Shown: positions 1-12,626 of the stretch, piece after piece
Layout of the letters: each line of letters begins with the position of its first letter
Position numbering within the stretch: position 1 is the first letter of the stretch
Source of the DNA: Octopus vulgaris
Lineage: Eukaryota
Direction of reading: 5' to 3'
NCBI GenBank assembly: GCA_951406725.2
Contig: OX597829.1
Coordinates: 53,072,001 to 53,136,000, forward strand
Length of the DNA: 64,000 nucleotides
Made by a program: the position numbers and the translations under genes
Notes under the pieces: generated by a model
The model's input: the letters and a program-made list of their open reading frames with translations, nothing else
What the model was told of the DNA's origin: nothing
The model's database searches: none

Positions 1-295
1 ATCTAAGTACCAAACCAGAGTTGTGTTCATTGGTCAAGACAACTAAATTACCTACAGCTGGCTCTACCTATCTGTCTATAAATAGGTATGCTTTAGCCAC
101 AGGAATACTGTATAATTAATTAATTCACTTGTTAATCAGTGGTATATGGTAGTGGTTGTTGTTTTGGGTGTGCTGCCACAACCAATGCCACCAAATTTCA
201 AGCAGGAGTTTGTGACCGACAATTGAAGAAGTTTAAATTTCTTTCCCTTTTTGGTTCAGTGGCAAAGTTTGAAATGGACACGTTGCAGGTAATTT

Positions 296-708
296 ATGTG
301 TGTGCGTATGAGTGTGTGTGTGTGAGTGTGTGTGTGTTAATGTGTGTGTGTGTGTGTGTGCATGTGTGAGTGTGAGTGTGTGTGTGTGCATGTGAGTGTG
401 TGTGTGTGAGTGAGTGTGTGTGTGAGTGTGTGTGTGTGAGTGTGTGTATGTGAGAGTGTGTGTATGTGTGTATGAGTGTGTGACTGTGTGTGTGTGATTG
501 TGTGAGTGTGCGTGTGTGCATGTGAGTGTGCGTGTGAGTGTGTGCATGTGTGAGTGTGTGTGTGTATGTGAGAGTGTGTATGTGTGTGTGTGTGAGTGTG
601 CATGTGTGTGCATGTGAGTGTGTGAGTGTGCGTGAGTGTGCATATGAGTGTGTGTGCGTGTGTGAGTGTGAGTGTGAGTGTGTGTGTGTGTGTGAGACAG
701 TGTGTGTG
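296..708. repeat. Compound (TG)n/(GTGA)n microsatellite
   Basis: Directly visible degenerate TG-rich tandem array; source of the His/Thr and Cys/Val pseudo-ORFs. Confidence 0.95.
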
Positions 709-779
709 TAACCATTATACAAGTAGTACCCTTTATTTCAAACATTTTGTATAAAAGATGTTTGGCCATGAGGAAATAT

Positions 780-920
780 TATCTTACTTGGAAACTGGTG
801 AGAATTAGCAACAGGAAGGACTTCCAGCCTTAGAAAATCTGCCTCAGGGAATTCTGTCTGATCCATGTTAGCCTGGAAAAGTTGAGCCTAAGATGATGAT
901 GATGATGATGATGATGACAA
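780..920 (+). mobile_element. Degenerate 3' end of RTE-type LINE with (GAT)n tail
   Basis: aggaaggacttccagccttagaaaatctgcc...tccatgttagcctggaaaag followed by (GAT)n resembles the 3' end of the copy at 46774-47456. Confidence 0.6.
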
Positions 921-1927
921 CAGTGATGAGGATGACGCTGATAACTGAAATTGCTTTGTTTTTTTACATCCTCTTTTACATGTGAACATGTGTTGAACGG
1001 GACTTTTTAAAGCAGTGTTCTATGGTTGGATACCCTTCATAAAGCCAACTCTTTGTGTCTTTTCTCATGACATTGGAATGCAGTGTAAGTAGGCTAAAAA
1101 CCAGAAATCTCATATATACATATATATGCATATATGCACATACAACTATACAAATGCACATTTTGCATACAAGTTATGTAAGTGAATCAAATCAATTATG
1201 TAACTTTACAGTCAACCAAGATTTATATATAAATCTTTAATTAAGTATCATCATGGCCATAATTACACTACTAATGGAGACAATCATGCAATCATGCAAT
1301 ATAATAATACAAAACACAAAAACCACTATAAATCTTGAACCGCTTAACAAATTCGACCTTATGAGAATGAAGGACAATTCAGAACAATGAGATGCCCAAA
1401 ATATAAAAGATTCACAGACAACAAGCATGTCAAACATATATTCTCATCATCGGCTGCCTGATGGATATCACTATGGTTTCAACACCTGGACAGGACCATT
1501 CAAGCCAGCAATGTCAATAATTAATTCTCATGCAGAGTTTATGCCAAACATAAACATTTCTTGGAAATTAATAAGCAAAACCACATGCACACACATGCAC
1601 ACACACATACACTTACATATGTACATGCATACACACACATACACATGCAAACAAACAAACAATCTCTTAAATACACATGTACAGCACAATTGTACTACTT
1701 GTAATTTTACAGTGTCCATTTCCCAATATTTTATAATTTATTTGATATGGATTTCTTATTTTGAGAAAGAAATCTGTTGACAAAGGGGAAAGGTTAGGGC
1801 CAGGGTTTAACTGATATCAAGTGTCCTGGTCAATCAGTTGAACCACGATGTTACCCACAGATCCGTCTTCCTAGTTTTTCAATATCTCTGTCAAGCTGAG
1901 CACCATACTACACATATTGGCAACACT

Positions 1928-1959
<32 letters not shown>

Positions 1960-2908
1960 TTAATTTCCATGTTGCATTCTGGCATGAGTTGGATGATGGG
2001 CCCCTGAATCACGTTCTGCTCCAGTGATTGCTCAGCATGGTTTCTACAGCTTGGTGTCCATCCTAATGCCAACTAATTTACAGTGTGTAGTGGATGCTAT
2101 TTACTGTGCGTGTATATGTGTGTGTCTGTGTGTCACCGGCTCTAGTGAGATTTTCCAAGGAGCTTGCAAGAAAATATACCCTGTGTGGGTGATGTGGAAC
2201 ATTGTACTAGGATGGTAATGGTTAGAGCAGTATAAAAGCATGAGAAAAAAGGGCCAGCATGAAATGAGTTTCTTGCTGAAGAGGAACTACGTGGCTACCG
2301 ATTATTTAATAGAAAAGGGTGGGTTGGAGCTGAAAGTAGTAACGAGGTGCCAGGGTGGATAGGAACGGGAGGGGCAGGAGTGAAAGGTGAGGGTGTGTGT
2401 GTGGAGTAGAGATATGTCTGATGGTCAAGGCCAGCATAATAGAAAATGATGATACAGTAAATAGGGTGGCAAAAAAAAAGGGGACGACATGCCAGCAGGG
2501 AGGATGCAGGGATGTTGTGAGAAGAGAGAGAGAGAGAGGGGGTAGAGCGTGATAGAGGTGGGGAGGTAGGTACAATATATGAGCAAAGGTGCAGTTGTTG
2601 AGAGACGTAAAGTATGAGAGGTGCAGTGACATGCATCGATGAATCACATATAGGTGTAGTGTTACAGCCCGAACACGGTGCACTCCTGCTATACCCTGTT
2701 TCTTGTATGCCAACAGATTCTGCTGGTAGCCACCAGTGATTCATAATCTCTGTTTTTTCACTGATGACATTTATATATGTGGGAAATATTTTAATGCATT
2801 ACGCACGTAACAATTCTACTAACATTTCAGCTATAATCATCCCGTTACCTTTTCTGGGATGTTATATTCAGTGTTAGCTTATCCTGGATAATGGGGTGGC
2901 GGTATTAA

Positions 2909-3140
2909 AGGCGGCGAGCTGGCAGAATCGTTAGCACACTGGGCGAAATGCATAGCCGTATTTCGTCTGCTGTTACGTCCTGAGTTCAAATTCCGCCGAG
3001 GTCGACTTTGCCTTTCATCCTTTCGGGGTCGATAAATTAAGTACCAGTAACGCACTGGCGTCGATGTAAATGACTTAATACCTATGTCTGTCCTTGTTTG
3101 TCTGCTCTGTGTTTAGCCCCTTGTGGGTAGTAAAGAAACA
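2909..3140 (+). mobile_element. tRNA-derived SINE family B (Nin/Deu-domain type), full length
   Basis: Head ggcggcgagctggcagaatcgttag with B-box gagttcaaattcc; central gactttgcctttcatcctttcggggtcgataaattaagtaccag; TSD ggtattaaagg at 2901 and 3141. Confidence 0.9.
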
Positions 3141-3360
3141 GGTATTAAAGGAGAGATTCATCTGCTGTATTTTGAGGTGTCAATGTAGTGTCTCGTGTTG
3201 TTGCATTTATGATGTATAGTGTTGTTGTGTTTACAATGTGCCAGTCTTGTATGGTGCTCCGCAGTATTGTGATGTTTGCATGTCGTGCAACGATAACCTA
3301 TTTTATAACATTGGAAATTCAGTTTGTGTGTAATGGCACCCACCATACAGACTTCATGTT

Positions 3361-3401
3361 TATTGTTGTTGTTGTTGTTGCTGCTGCTATGTTGCTGCTG
3401 C

Positions 3402-3489
<88 letters not shown>

Positions 3490-3556
3490 GATGATGATGA
3501 CGACGACGATGATGATGATGATGATGATGATGACAATGGTGATGATGGTGATGATG

Positions 3557-3598
<42 letters not shown>

Positions 3599-3688
3599 GT
3601 GATGGTGATGATGATGATGATGATGATGACAATGATGATGATGATGATGATGACGATGATGACGATGACAACGATGATGATGATGACA

Positions 3689-3760
<72 letters not shown>

Positions 3761-3925
3761 TTGTTGTTGATGTTGTTGTTTAACCCGAGGTGTACCTTGA
3801 TTGAGCTGAGAAGCTTACGATCAAAAGACAAAGCAATTGACTACCCCATTATTATTATTATTTCTTTTGTCTGGAATAAACTGCTTCATCATTGTCGTCA
3901 TCATTGTCCTTGTCATCGTCATCAT

Positions 3926-3961
<36 letters not shown>

Positions 3962-3998
3962 TATCATCATCATCATCATTATCATCATCATCATCATT

Positions 3999-4029
<31 letters not shown>
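3361..4029. repeat. (GTT)n-(GAT)n and (ATC)n trinucleotide arrays
   Basis: Directly visible; explains the poly-L/M/H/I/N ORFs. Confidence 0.95.
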
Positions 4030-4079
4030 GCCTCTGGACATTACTGTCTTGAGTCCTAAAACCGATAGAACTGGCTGCC

Positions 4080-4295
4080 CAGTTCCCATGGCATTTAAAT
4101 GACTAAGATCACAATGGTACCCCTGAAAAGGATGCCAAATCATCACAGTGGTACTCATTTACAGCTGTGTGAACTGAAGCAACGTGGAATGAAGCGTTTT
4201 GCTTGAAAACACAATGTGTCTCTCAGTCCAGGAATTGAACCTGCAATCTTGCAGTCATGAATACAATACCCTAACTACTAGGTTATGCACTTCCA
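4080..4295 (-). mobile_element. Old tRNA-derived SINE (family C-like head)
   Basis: Minus strand reads gtggaagtgcataacctagtagttaggg...ggttcaattcctgg...gtgttttcaagcaaaacgcttcattcc; same head as 7630 and 29325. Confidence 0.6.
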
Positions 4296-4912
4296 CAATA
4301 TATTGTATACCAAGTAACGTTATCCATTTCATAAAGAGAAAGCGTTAGATTTTAAGGTAATTTTGGTGCTATTCTTATCACAACAGTTCCCAAACTCAGA
4401 GTAATTACCCCAACTAGAGAAAAAAAAACTGCATTTGGCTGGGACAGTATCGGTGGCACAGCAAGAAGAGTCCTGGTCTTAGATCTTAACTCGTTGAGGT
4501 GAGCTGAATCATTATAATATATGCAAATAAAATACAATAAGGACCTCACCATTTCTTATATCAATGGCATTTTCACAGCTTCATTCCACAAGGAGCCAAC
4601 AGGAAGAACAAATGCAGAGCCATAAATAGAGGTGGGCAGTTGACACTAATCAACCTTTGTAATTAAATTTGTGTTCAAAATATGTATTTTGATATACAAC
4701 AAAATGGTCATCTCAGTTCAGATTAGGTTATCTTATCTCGATTGAATTTTATCAAATGCATTCTTTGTCATGCTGAACCAGGATCATATTTCTCCGACTG
4801 CAGCAGACCTTTAACCAGACTGTTATTCCCACTGAGGATTAGTTAAACTTAAATAGGGTCATGTTTCTATGAGTGCAACGTTTTAATATACAAAGTCATT
4901 ATAGAATATATT

Positions 4913-5166
4913 TCACACACACACACACACATTACACACATACACATACAGATACACACATCCACACATACATACATACATACACACATACATATACATA
5001 TATATATAGAGAGAGAGACACACACATATGCACAGGCATACACACACAAACACACACACACACATTACACACATACACATACACATACACACATCCACAC
5101 ATACATACATACACACATACATACACACATACATACACACATACATACATACACACATACATACAT

Positions 5167-5207
<41 letters not shown>

Positions 5208-5223
5208 TACACACATATGCACA

Positions 5224-5262
<39 letters not shown>

Positions 5263-5386
5263 TACACACATACACATACAGATACATACATACACACATA
5301 CATACATACATACATATATACACACATACATATACATATATATATAGAGAGAGAGACAAACACATATGCACAGGCACACACACACA

Positions 5387-5431
<45 letters not shown>

Positions 5432-5460
5432 ACACATGCACCCACTCATGCACGTGCACA
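4913..5460. repeat. Compound CA/TACA/TA/GA microsatellite with higher-order repetition
   Basis: Block cacattacacacatacacata...gagagaga.acacacatatgcaca recurs three times. Confidence 0.9.
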
Positions 5461-5949
5461 TTTAACAAATTTATTTCTAAAATCCAAACAGCTTGATATA
5501 ATACGACAATATATTTTTTCTAAATCTCTAAATCCCCACCATATGCGTATCATTTACTCTCATGATTTCCAAAGCTAAAAGAACAAAGTGACATTCCGAC
5601 ATTCATGCTTTTCTTTTTTTTTTTTTAAGTATAGATTGACCCTCTGACGTTTCCCAATGGTTATCGTCAACAAAGAAAAAAGAAAATTAAATAAATGGTG
5701 AAATTTGCATAAATAAATATTCTTTTCTATTCTAGGCCCAAGGCCCAAAATTTTGTGAGGAGGAGGCCAGTGGATTTGATCAACCTCATTATGCAACTGG
5801 TACTTACTTTATTGACCCCGAAAGGATGAAAGGCAAAGTCGGCCTTGGCGGAATTTGAACTCAGAACATAAAGACAGATGAAATACTTTATTCACATTAT
5901 TTACATTATTTACATTTGACGGATATTTGTCCTCATCTTGTTTGTTGTT

Positions 5950-5995
5950 AACACAACATTTCGGCTGATGTACCCTCCAGCCTTCATCAGGTGTC
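5950..5995 (-). ncRNA. Minimal type I hammerhead ribozyme
   Basis: RNA: GACAC-CUGAUGA-A-GGCUG gaggguacau CAGCC-GAAAU-GUU^GUGUU; intact core, stems I and II pair, quasi-palindromic stem III AAUGUU. Confidence 0.8.
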
Positions 5996-6203
5996 TTGGG
6001 GAAATTTTGAACCTGGGTTCTCATTCCTAAGATATTTTTCAATATTATTATTATTGTTGTTGTTGTTGTTATTCAGGTCACTGCCTGGAATTGAACTAGG
6101 AATCTTGGGGTTAGTAGTTAAACAACTCTTAACCACTATGCCTATGCCTGTGAGCATAGTGGTTAAGAGTTCGAAATTTCCCCAAGGTTCGAAATTTCCC
6201 TAA

Positions 6204-6249
6204 GACACCTGATGAAGGCTGGATGGTACATCAGCCGAAACGCTGTATT
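6204..6249 (+). ncRNA. Type I hammerhead motif, mutated copy
   Basis: GACAC-CUGAUGA-A-GGCUG gaugguacau CAGCC-GAAAC-GCU-GUAUU; cleavage triplet GUU changed to GCU, so probably inactive. Confidence 0.7.
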
Positions 6250-6727
6250 AACAACAAACAAGATGAGGACAAATAGCCGTCAAATGTAAATAATGTAAAT
6301 AACGTAAATAATTCCTCATCTCTTAAATATAGAACTGTAGATGAAATACTGCCTAGCATTTCACTTGGCATGCTAACGTCTCTGCCAGCTTGCTGCTTTT
6401 GTATAAATAAATATTGTGAAATTAAAATGCATTTTTAAAAAGGTTTCACAAATTTTTACTTTTAATATATTATTCATTCAAAAACAGAAAGAAAGGAAAA
6501 CTGATAACTGTTGCAAGGAGGGGTGGAGGGCATGTGGGTGTGTGGGTGTGGATGGGTGTATGTGTTTTGTGTGTCTTTGCTTGTCCCACACCACTACTTG
6601 ACAACCAGTGTTGGTGTGTTTACATCCTGGTAACTTAGCAGTTCAGCAAAAGTGACTGATAGAATAAGCACCAGGTTTAAGAAAACAATAATAATAATAT
6701 GCACTAGGGTTGATTCGTTTTCTTTTC

Positions 6728-6936
6728 CTCTTTTACTCTTTTATTTGTTTCAGTCATTTGACTGTGGCCATGCTGGAGCACTGCCTTTAGTCGAGCAAAT
6801 CAACCCCAGGACTATTCTTTGTAAGCCTAGTACTTATTCTATCGGTCACTTTTGCCGAACTGTTAAGTTGCAGGGACGTAAACACACCAGCATCGGTTGT
6901 CAAGCGATGTTGGGGGGGACAAACACACACACACAA

Positions 6937-7019
<83 letters not shown>

Positions 7020-7195
7020 CATATACATATACAATGGGCTTCTTTCAGTTTCCGTCTACCAAATCCATTCACAAGGCCTTGTTCAGCCTGAGGCTATAGT
7101 AGAAGACACTTGCCCAAGGTGCCACACAGTGGGACTGAACCTGGAACCATGTGGTTCATAAGCAAGCTACTTATTACACAGCTACCCCTACGCCT
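6728..7195 (-). mobile_element. tRNA-derived CORE-type SINE family A (octopus OR-like), full length
   Basis: tRNA head with ggttcagtcccac, CORE-like gtggcaccttgggcaagtgtctt, internal TA/TG tract, tail gactgaaacaa.taaaagagtaaaagag; nested in an older copy (about 6530-7270). Confidence 0.9.
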
Positions 7196-7354
7196 ATAAA
7201 ATTCAATTAAAATTCTTTACAGCAGTGCTCCTGTATGGGCACAATCCAATGGTTGGAACATGCAAAAAGTAAAGATAATATTTATATGAGGGAGTCAGGC
7301 ATAGATTTCAAATTTTAATGTAATTCAAATGATGACCTGAAAGATTATTTATAT

Positions 7355-8055
7355 GTGATAAGAGGTTTGATTCCCAACCATATGGTCAAGAGTTCAATCC
7401 CTCTGCATGGTACGGTACCTTGGGCAAATGCCTTCTTCCATAGTCCCAGGATTACAAAATGATTGTGAGTGGATGGGGTAGATGGAAACTGAAAGAAACC
7501 TCTTTGTATAGATAAATGTGTGTTTGTGTTTGTTTCCTACCAGTGCTTAACAACCAGCTTTGATTTCTTCAGTCCTTGTAACTTAGCTGATCGCCAACAG
7601 AATAAGAACCATACTTAAAGTAAGCACTGTGATGGTGCATGGCTCAGTGGTTAAAGCATTGGGCTAACAATCATCAGGTAGTTTGTTCAATTCCTGGACC
7701 AAGCTGTGTGTTGTGTTCTTGAGCAAGATACTTTATTACTCATTGCTCCAGTTCACTCAGCTATAGAAATGAGTTGCGATCTCACTGGTGCCAAGCTGCA
7801 TCAGTCCTTTTGCCTTTCCCTTGGATAACATTAGTGACACGGAGAGGCTGGTATGCATGGGTGACTGCTGGTCTTCCATAGAAACAACCTTGCCCAGACT
7901 TGTACCTTGGAGTGGAACTTTCTAGATTCAATCCCATGGTCATTCATGACCGAAGTGGGTCACTACCCTTTTACTGTGGTCAATTCGTTCAATTAAAATC
8001 CTTCAAGGCATGCCCGAGTATGACCAAAATTCAATGACCGAAACAAGTAAAAGGT
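7355..8055 (+). mobile_element. Diverged SINE family A copy interrupted by a family C SINE
   Basis: Matches the family A pattern on both sides of 7630-7975. Confidence 0.75.
7630..7975 (+). mobile_element. tRNA-derived SINE family C
   Basis: Head ggtgcatggctcagtggttaaagc...gttcaattcctgg, then gtgttcttgagcaagatacttta. Confidence 0.75.
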
Positions 8056-8249
8056 TGTTCATTTATTTATTTGTCTATTTATATTTATTTGTCATTGAAG
8101 AAGAAAATAGCAACATCTATCTTTTATTCTCTGTGTACATAAAACTTATACCAGAACAATATTTTGCCAAATGATGCAAGGTTGCCAATAAACTTCAATG
8201 ACATCATTTCACTCATAATTCCTCATATTTTTTTATCTCAATGTTTATT

Positions 8250-8648
8250 GTTTTACTCTTTTACTTGTTTCAGTCATTTGACTGCGGCCATGCTGGAGCA
8301 CCACCTTTAGTCGAGCAAATCAACCCCAGGACTTATTCTTTGTGAGCCTAGTACTTATTCTATCGGTCTCATTGCCGAACTGCTAAGTTACAGGGACATA
8401 AACACACCAGCATCAGATGTCAAGCGATGGTTGGGGTGAGAAACACAGACACACACACACACACACATATATATACATATATACGATGGGCTTCTTTCAG
8501 TTTCCGTCTACCAAATCCACTCACAAGGCTTTGGTTAGCCTGAAGCTATAGCAGAAGACACTTGCCCAAGGTGCCACACAGTGGGACTGAACCCGAAACC
8601 ATGTGGTTGGTAAGCAAGCTACTTACCACACAGCCACTCCTGTGCCTA
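8250..8648 (-). mobile_element. SINE family A, full length
   Basis: Reverse complement closely matches 10146-10566. Confidence 0.92.
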
Positions 8649-8829
8649 TGTTATTTTTTTAAAAAATGAAATGAAATGAAGACATCCCACCTTATCACCA
8701 CTGAAAATATAAAATGCATTTCAAAAAAGCCATTAACAGAATCCCTACAAAGTAGCTCAACAGGCTAGAGCTCCCTCAAAACACATCCTAACATCTTAGA
8801 AAAAAAAAGGTTTGGGTGGGGAAGCAATA

Positions 8830-9350
8830 CAGGCATGGATGTGTGGTTAAGAAACCAGCTTTGCAACCGCGTGGTTTTGGGTTCAGTCCCACAACACAAC
8901 AGTTTGGGCAAGTATCTTATACTATAGCATTGGCTGACGAATATTTTGTGAGGGAATCTGGCAGATGGAAACTGTAAAGAAGCCCATCATATATATATAG
9001 ACAGACAGACAGACAGACAGACAGACGAACAGACATATAGAGAGACAGACAGATGTGTCTCTATATAAATGTATATATGTGTGAGTGTGTGTGTCTTGAC
9101 TGTGTTTGTCACACACACACACACATACTATTTGATACCTGGTGTTGGTTTATTTACGTCCCTCTAGCTTAGAGATATGGCAAAAGAGACCAATGGAATA
9201 AGTACCCAACTCAAAATCAAAAGGAAGAAAACAAGACAAATGCATAAATACTGAAATTGATTTGTCTAACTAAAACTCTTTAAGGTGCTGCCCCAGCATG
9301 GCCACAGTCCAATGACTAAAAGAATTAAGAAAAACAAAAAATAAAAGACT
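8830..9350 (+). mobile_element. SINE family A, older diverged copy
   Basis: ggcatggatgtgtggttaagaa...ggttcagtcccac...ccccagcatggccacagtccaatgact. Confidence 0.8.
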
Positions 9351-9569
9351 ATAGAGACAAACTAGTCCTCCAAACAACTTACAAAGGAGGAATGACCCTG
9401 ACTCAAACATCTTACACCATTATTGTTTACTAAATCCAAGAGGATCTACATGGAATCTCCTGGTATAGATATCGGATGAGAATTCTGGGATTTCTTGCTG
9501 AACACCATGCACAGGTGGTTGGCTTATAGTGACCAAATGTATGTGTTGTACTTTAGCTAAACTCCTCCC

Positions 9570-9752
9570 ATCAAATTAACGTTACCTGTACAGGTGCGCA
9601 GTGTACCACATGTCGGCTGTCAAAGAGATCGCAGAGCAACATGGAATGAAGTGTTTTACTCAAGAATACAAAGCACCATCCAGTCTGGGAATGGAACTCA
9701 TGATCTTGCAATTGCGAGAGCAGCATTTTAACTACTGGGCCACATGACCTCA
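9570..9752 (-). mobile_element. SINE family C fragment
   Basis: Minus-strand tRNA head gtgaggtcatgtggcccagtagttaa...gagttccattccc. Confidence 0.6.
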
Positions 9753-10145
9753 CAAGGGCTCTAAATAATCTAGACCTAAACAATAAACAACTATGATGAA
9801 AACACACGTGCGCACACACACACACACACACACATATCTCATGCACAGAATCATATTTTTCAAGTGATTTCATCCATGCGCAAATAACCTCTCAGTGTTA
9901 ACATCATGATTTAAATGAAAACCAGGGCAATGTGAAAAAATAATATAAAACAAAGAAACAAGGTCGCTCGGCAGATGCTAAAATGGTCGGCTAATGTTGT
10001 TGTTGTTGCTAAACAGTTTACATCATAAATGTCGCAGCCAAATATTTATTCAAAGCTTTATATTTAGAGAATAAAAATATAGAAATATGTGCGAATGAAC
10101 CTGAATGAATGTATTTGTGCACGTATGTGTATATATATATATATA

Positions 10146-10566
10146 GGCGCCGGAGTGGCTGTGTGGTAAGTAGCTTGCTAACCAACCACATGGTTCTGGG
10201 TTCAGTTCCACTGCGTGGCATCTTGGGCAAGTGTCTTCTACTATAGCCTCGGGCCGACCAAAGCCTTGTGAATGGATTTGGTAGATGGAAACTGAAAGGA
10301 GCCTGTCGTATATATGTATATATATGTATACATGTATGTGTGTGTGTGTTTGTGTGCCTGTGTTTGTCCCCCTAGCATTGCTTGACAACCGATGCTGGTG
10401 TGTTTACGTCTCCGTCACTTAGCGGTTTGGCAAAAGAGACCGATAGAATAAGTACTGGGCAAACAAAGAATAAGTCCCGGGGTCGATTTGCTCGACTAAA
10501 GGCGGTGCTCCAGCATGGCCGTAGTCAAATGACTGAAACAAGTAAAAGAGTAAGAGAGTAAGAGTA
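10146..10566 (+). mobile_element. SINE family A, full length, little diverged
   Basis: ggcgccggagtggctgtgtggtaag...ggttcagttccac...gaaacaagtaaaagagtaagagagta; flanked by (TA)n. Confidence 0.95.
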
Positions 10567-10744
10567 TATATATATATATATATATATGGAGAAATAGAGA
10601 GAGATAGATACCTAGACAAACAGAGAAAGGGAGAGAGATATACATACATATATATATACGCACATATATATATATGTATGTGCTCATACATATATGCATG
10701 CATGCATGCATACGTACATACATACATACATACAAACATACAAA

Positions 10745-10885
10745 CATGTCTGGTGTTAGATACTGTCATTTGATGTTTAAGATCCTCCTAAAGCAAGCTC
10801 GATCGAATTTTTCCAAGACTTTGATGTGATGACAGGACGTAGTCCTATTATCAGGAGAATATAAAAGGGTAGTTAAGATGCGTAA
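10745..10885 (-). pseudogene. BovB-like RTE LINE ORF fragment (post-RT region)
   Basis: Translates LTTLLYSPDNRTTSCHHIKVLEKFDRACFRRILNIK, cf. LPSLLYACETWVTYRYHLKHLERFHQMCLRRIYSIKW in the 31038-31926 copy. Confidence 0.6.
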
Positions 10886-10936
10886 TTCATATATATGTAT
10901 GCGTGTGTGTGTGTTATACACACACACACACACACA

Positions 10937-12160
10937 CATCATCATCATCATCATCATCATTATCATCATCATTGTCTCTTAATGTCTGTTTTTCCATGCT
11001 GGCATGGGTTGGATGGATCAACAGAGGACTGGCAAGCCAGAAGGCTGCAACACTCTCCAATCTGATCTGGCAGTGTTTCTACAACTGGATGCCCTTCCTA
11101 ACGTCAACCACTCCAAGAGTGTTTTTGTGCTTTTTACATGCCACTGGCATGAGGGCCAGTCAGGCAGTACTGGCATCAATCATCCTCAAATGGTGCCTTC
11201 TACGTGCCACTGGCACAGGAGCCAGTTAGGTGGCACTAGCAATGACCATGCTCAAATGGTGCTTTTTACATGTCACCAGCATGGGATCCAATTAGGCAGC
11301 ACTGGCAATGATCAGGCTCGAATTGTGCTTTTAACATGCCACAGGCATGGGTGCTAATCAGGCAATACTGTCATTGGCCATGACAATGATTTCACTTGCC
11401 TCAAGAAGTCTTCACAAGCGCAGTTTATTGCCCAATGATTAAAGGGTACTCTTAAATGGGCCGGTTATGCTGTACTGACATAGGCCACGGCTACAGTCTC
11501 ACTTGGCTTGCCGGATCTCCTCAAGCACAGGATATCTCCAAAGGTCTCAGTCACTTGTCATTGCCTCAGTGCAGCCTGATGTTCAATGGTCGTGTTTCAC
11601 CACCTCATCCCAGGTTTTCCTGGGTCTACCTCTTCCACAGGTTCCCTCTACTGCTAGGGTGTGGCACTTTTTCACACATGCTATCCTCATCCATCCATAG
11701 TACATAACCATACCAGCACACTCATCTCTCTTGCATACCACATCTGATGCTTCTTAAATCCAACTTTTATTTCTGGGCGCTTATACTCTGTCATATATGC
11801 ACATTGACATTGTATGTATATAAGTATGTATGTATGTATGTATGTATGTATGTATGTATGTATGTATGTATGTATGAATGTATGTATGAGCATATACATA
11901 TCTATATATGTGTGTGATGTATATATATACGTATGTATCTCTCTCTTCCTCTCTCTGTTTGTCTATCTATCTATTTATCTCTCTCTCTCTCTCCATACTG
12001 GCTTCATTCCTTGCAAGCTTACACATGTCCTTAGCGGTCACAGCCCATATTTCACTGCCATGTATCATGGCTGTTTGCAGACATGTGTCATACAGTCTGC
12101 TCTTTGTCACCAGCAGAGGTTGGAGCTCCCTTGGACTTTGCCCAGGCTATTCTTATTCTA
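10937..12160 (-). mobile_element. RTE LINE 3' fragment (ORF end, 3' UTR, (GAT)n tail), broken by microsatellite at 11811-11993
   Basis: Homologous to 20680-21860 and 46774-47456; about 65-bp subrepeats in the UTR. Confidence 0.85.
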
Positions 12161-12181
12161 GCATATATTCATATTATATAT

Positions 12182-12535
12182 AGGAGTGGCTGTGTGGTAA
12201 GAAGTTTGCTTCCCAGTCTTCTACAATAGCCTCGGACTGACCAAAGCCTTGTGAGTGGATTTGGTAGACGGAAACTGAAAGAAGCCTGTCGTATATATAT
12301 GTGTATATTTATGTATCTGTTATTTGTGTCTGTGTTTGTCCCCCAGCCACCACCATCGCTTGACCACCAATGTTAGTGTGTTTACGTCCCTGTCACCTAG
12401 CGGTTCGGCAAAAAGAGAACAATGGAATAAGTACTAGGCTTACAAAGAATAACTCCTGAGGTCAATTTGTTCAACTGAAGGTGGTTCTCCAGCATAGTCA
12501 CAGTGAAATGGCTGAAACAAGTAAAAGAATAAAAG
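12182..12535 (+). mobile_element. SINE family A with internal deletion
   Basis: aggagtggctgtgtggtaag...gaaacaagtaaaagaataaaag. Confidence 0.88.
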
Positions 12536-12536
12536 A

Positions 12537-12578
<42 letters not shown>

Positions 12579-12580
12579 GA

Positions 12581-12626
<46 letters not shown>

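Larger units (their letters stand above)
5888..6338. mobile_element. Inverted-duplication retroelement with tRNA-like head and two hammerhead motifs (Penelope-type architecture)
   Basis: 12-bp TSD agatgaaatact at 5876-5887 and 6339-6350; inverted arms about 5889-6016 and 6185-6310; minus-strand A box near 6128-6142 and B box agttcaattcc at 6087-6097. Confidence 0.85.
5730..6397 (-). mobile_element. SINE family B copy split by the 5888-6338 insertion
   Basis: ctggtacttacttttattgaccccgaaaggatgaaaggcaaagtc...gaactcagaac on the left; resumes gcctagcatttcacttggcatgctaacgtctctgccagct on the right. Confidence 0.85.

Noticed and set aside
1240-1580. Complex sequence with ORF MSNIYSHHRLPDGYHYGFNTWTGPFKP
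   Set aside because: In-frame stop just upstream, runs into a CA microsatellite, and no recognisable domain or splice signals.
3188-4102. 304-aa poly-L/M/H ORF
   Set aside because: Trinucleotide microsatellites only.
4387-4498. Possible 112-bp exon (acaacag|...ttgag|gtgagc), open as PKLRVITPTREKKTAFGWDSIGGTARRVLVLDLNSL
   Set aside because: Weak pyrimidine tract and no recognisable homology; such matches arise by chance in 64 kb.
6652-7161. Recurring ORFs ending [14 protein letters not shown]...EPCG
   Set aside because: Antisense translation of SINE family A; appears wherever the SINE does.
10146-10220. tRNA genes at SINE heads
   Set aside because: A and B boxes are present but there is no complete cloverleaf, and each is fused to a SINE body.
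11125-11385. CRISPR-like regular repeats
   Set aside because: Whole-unit tandem repeats without unique spacers, inside a LINE UTR in eukaryotic DNA; no cas genes.
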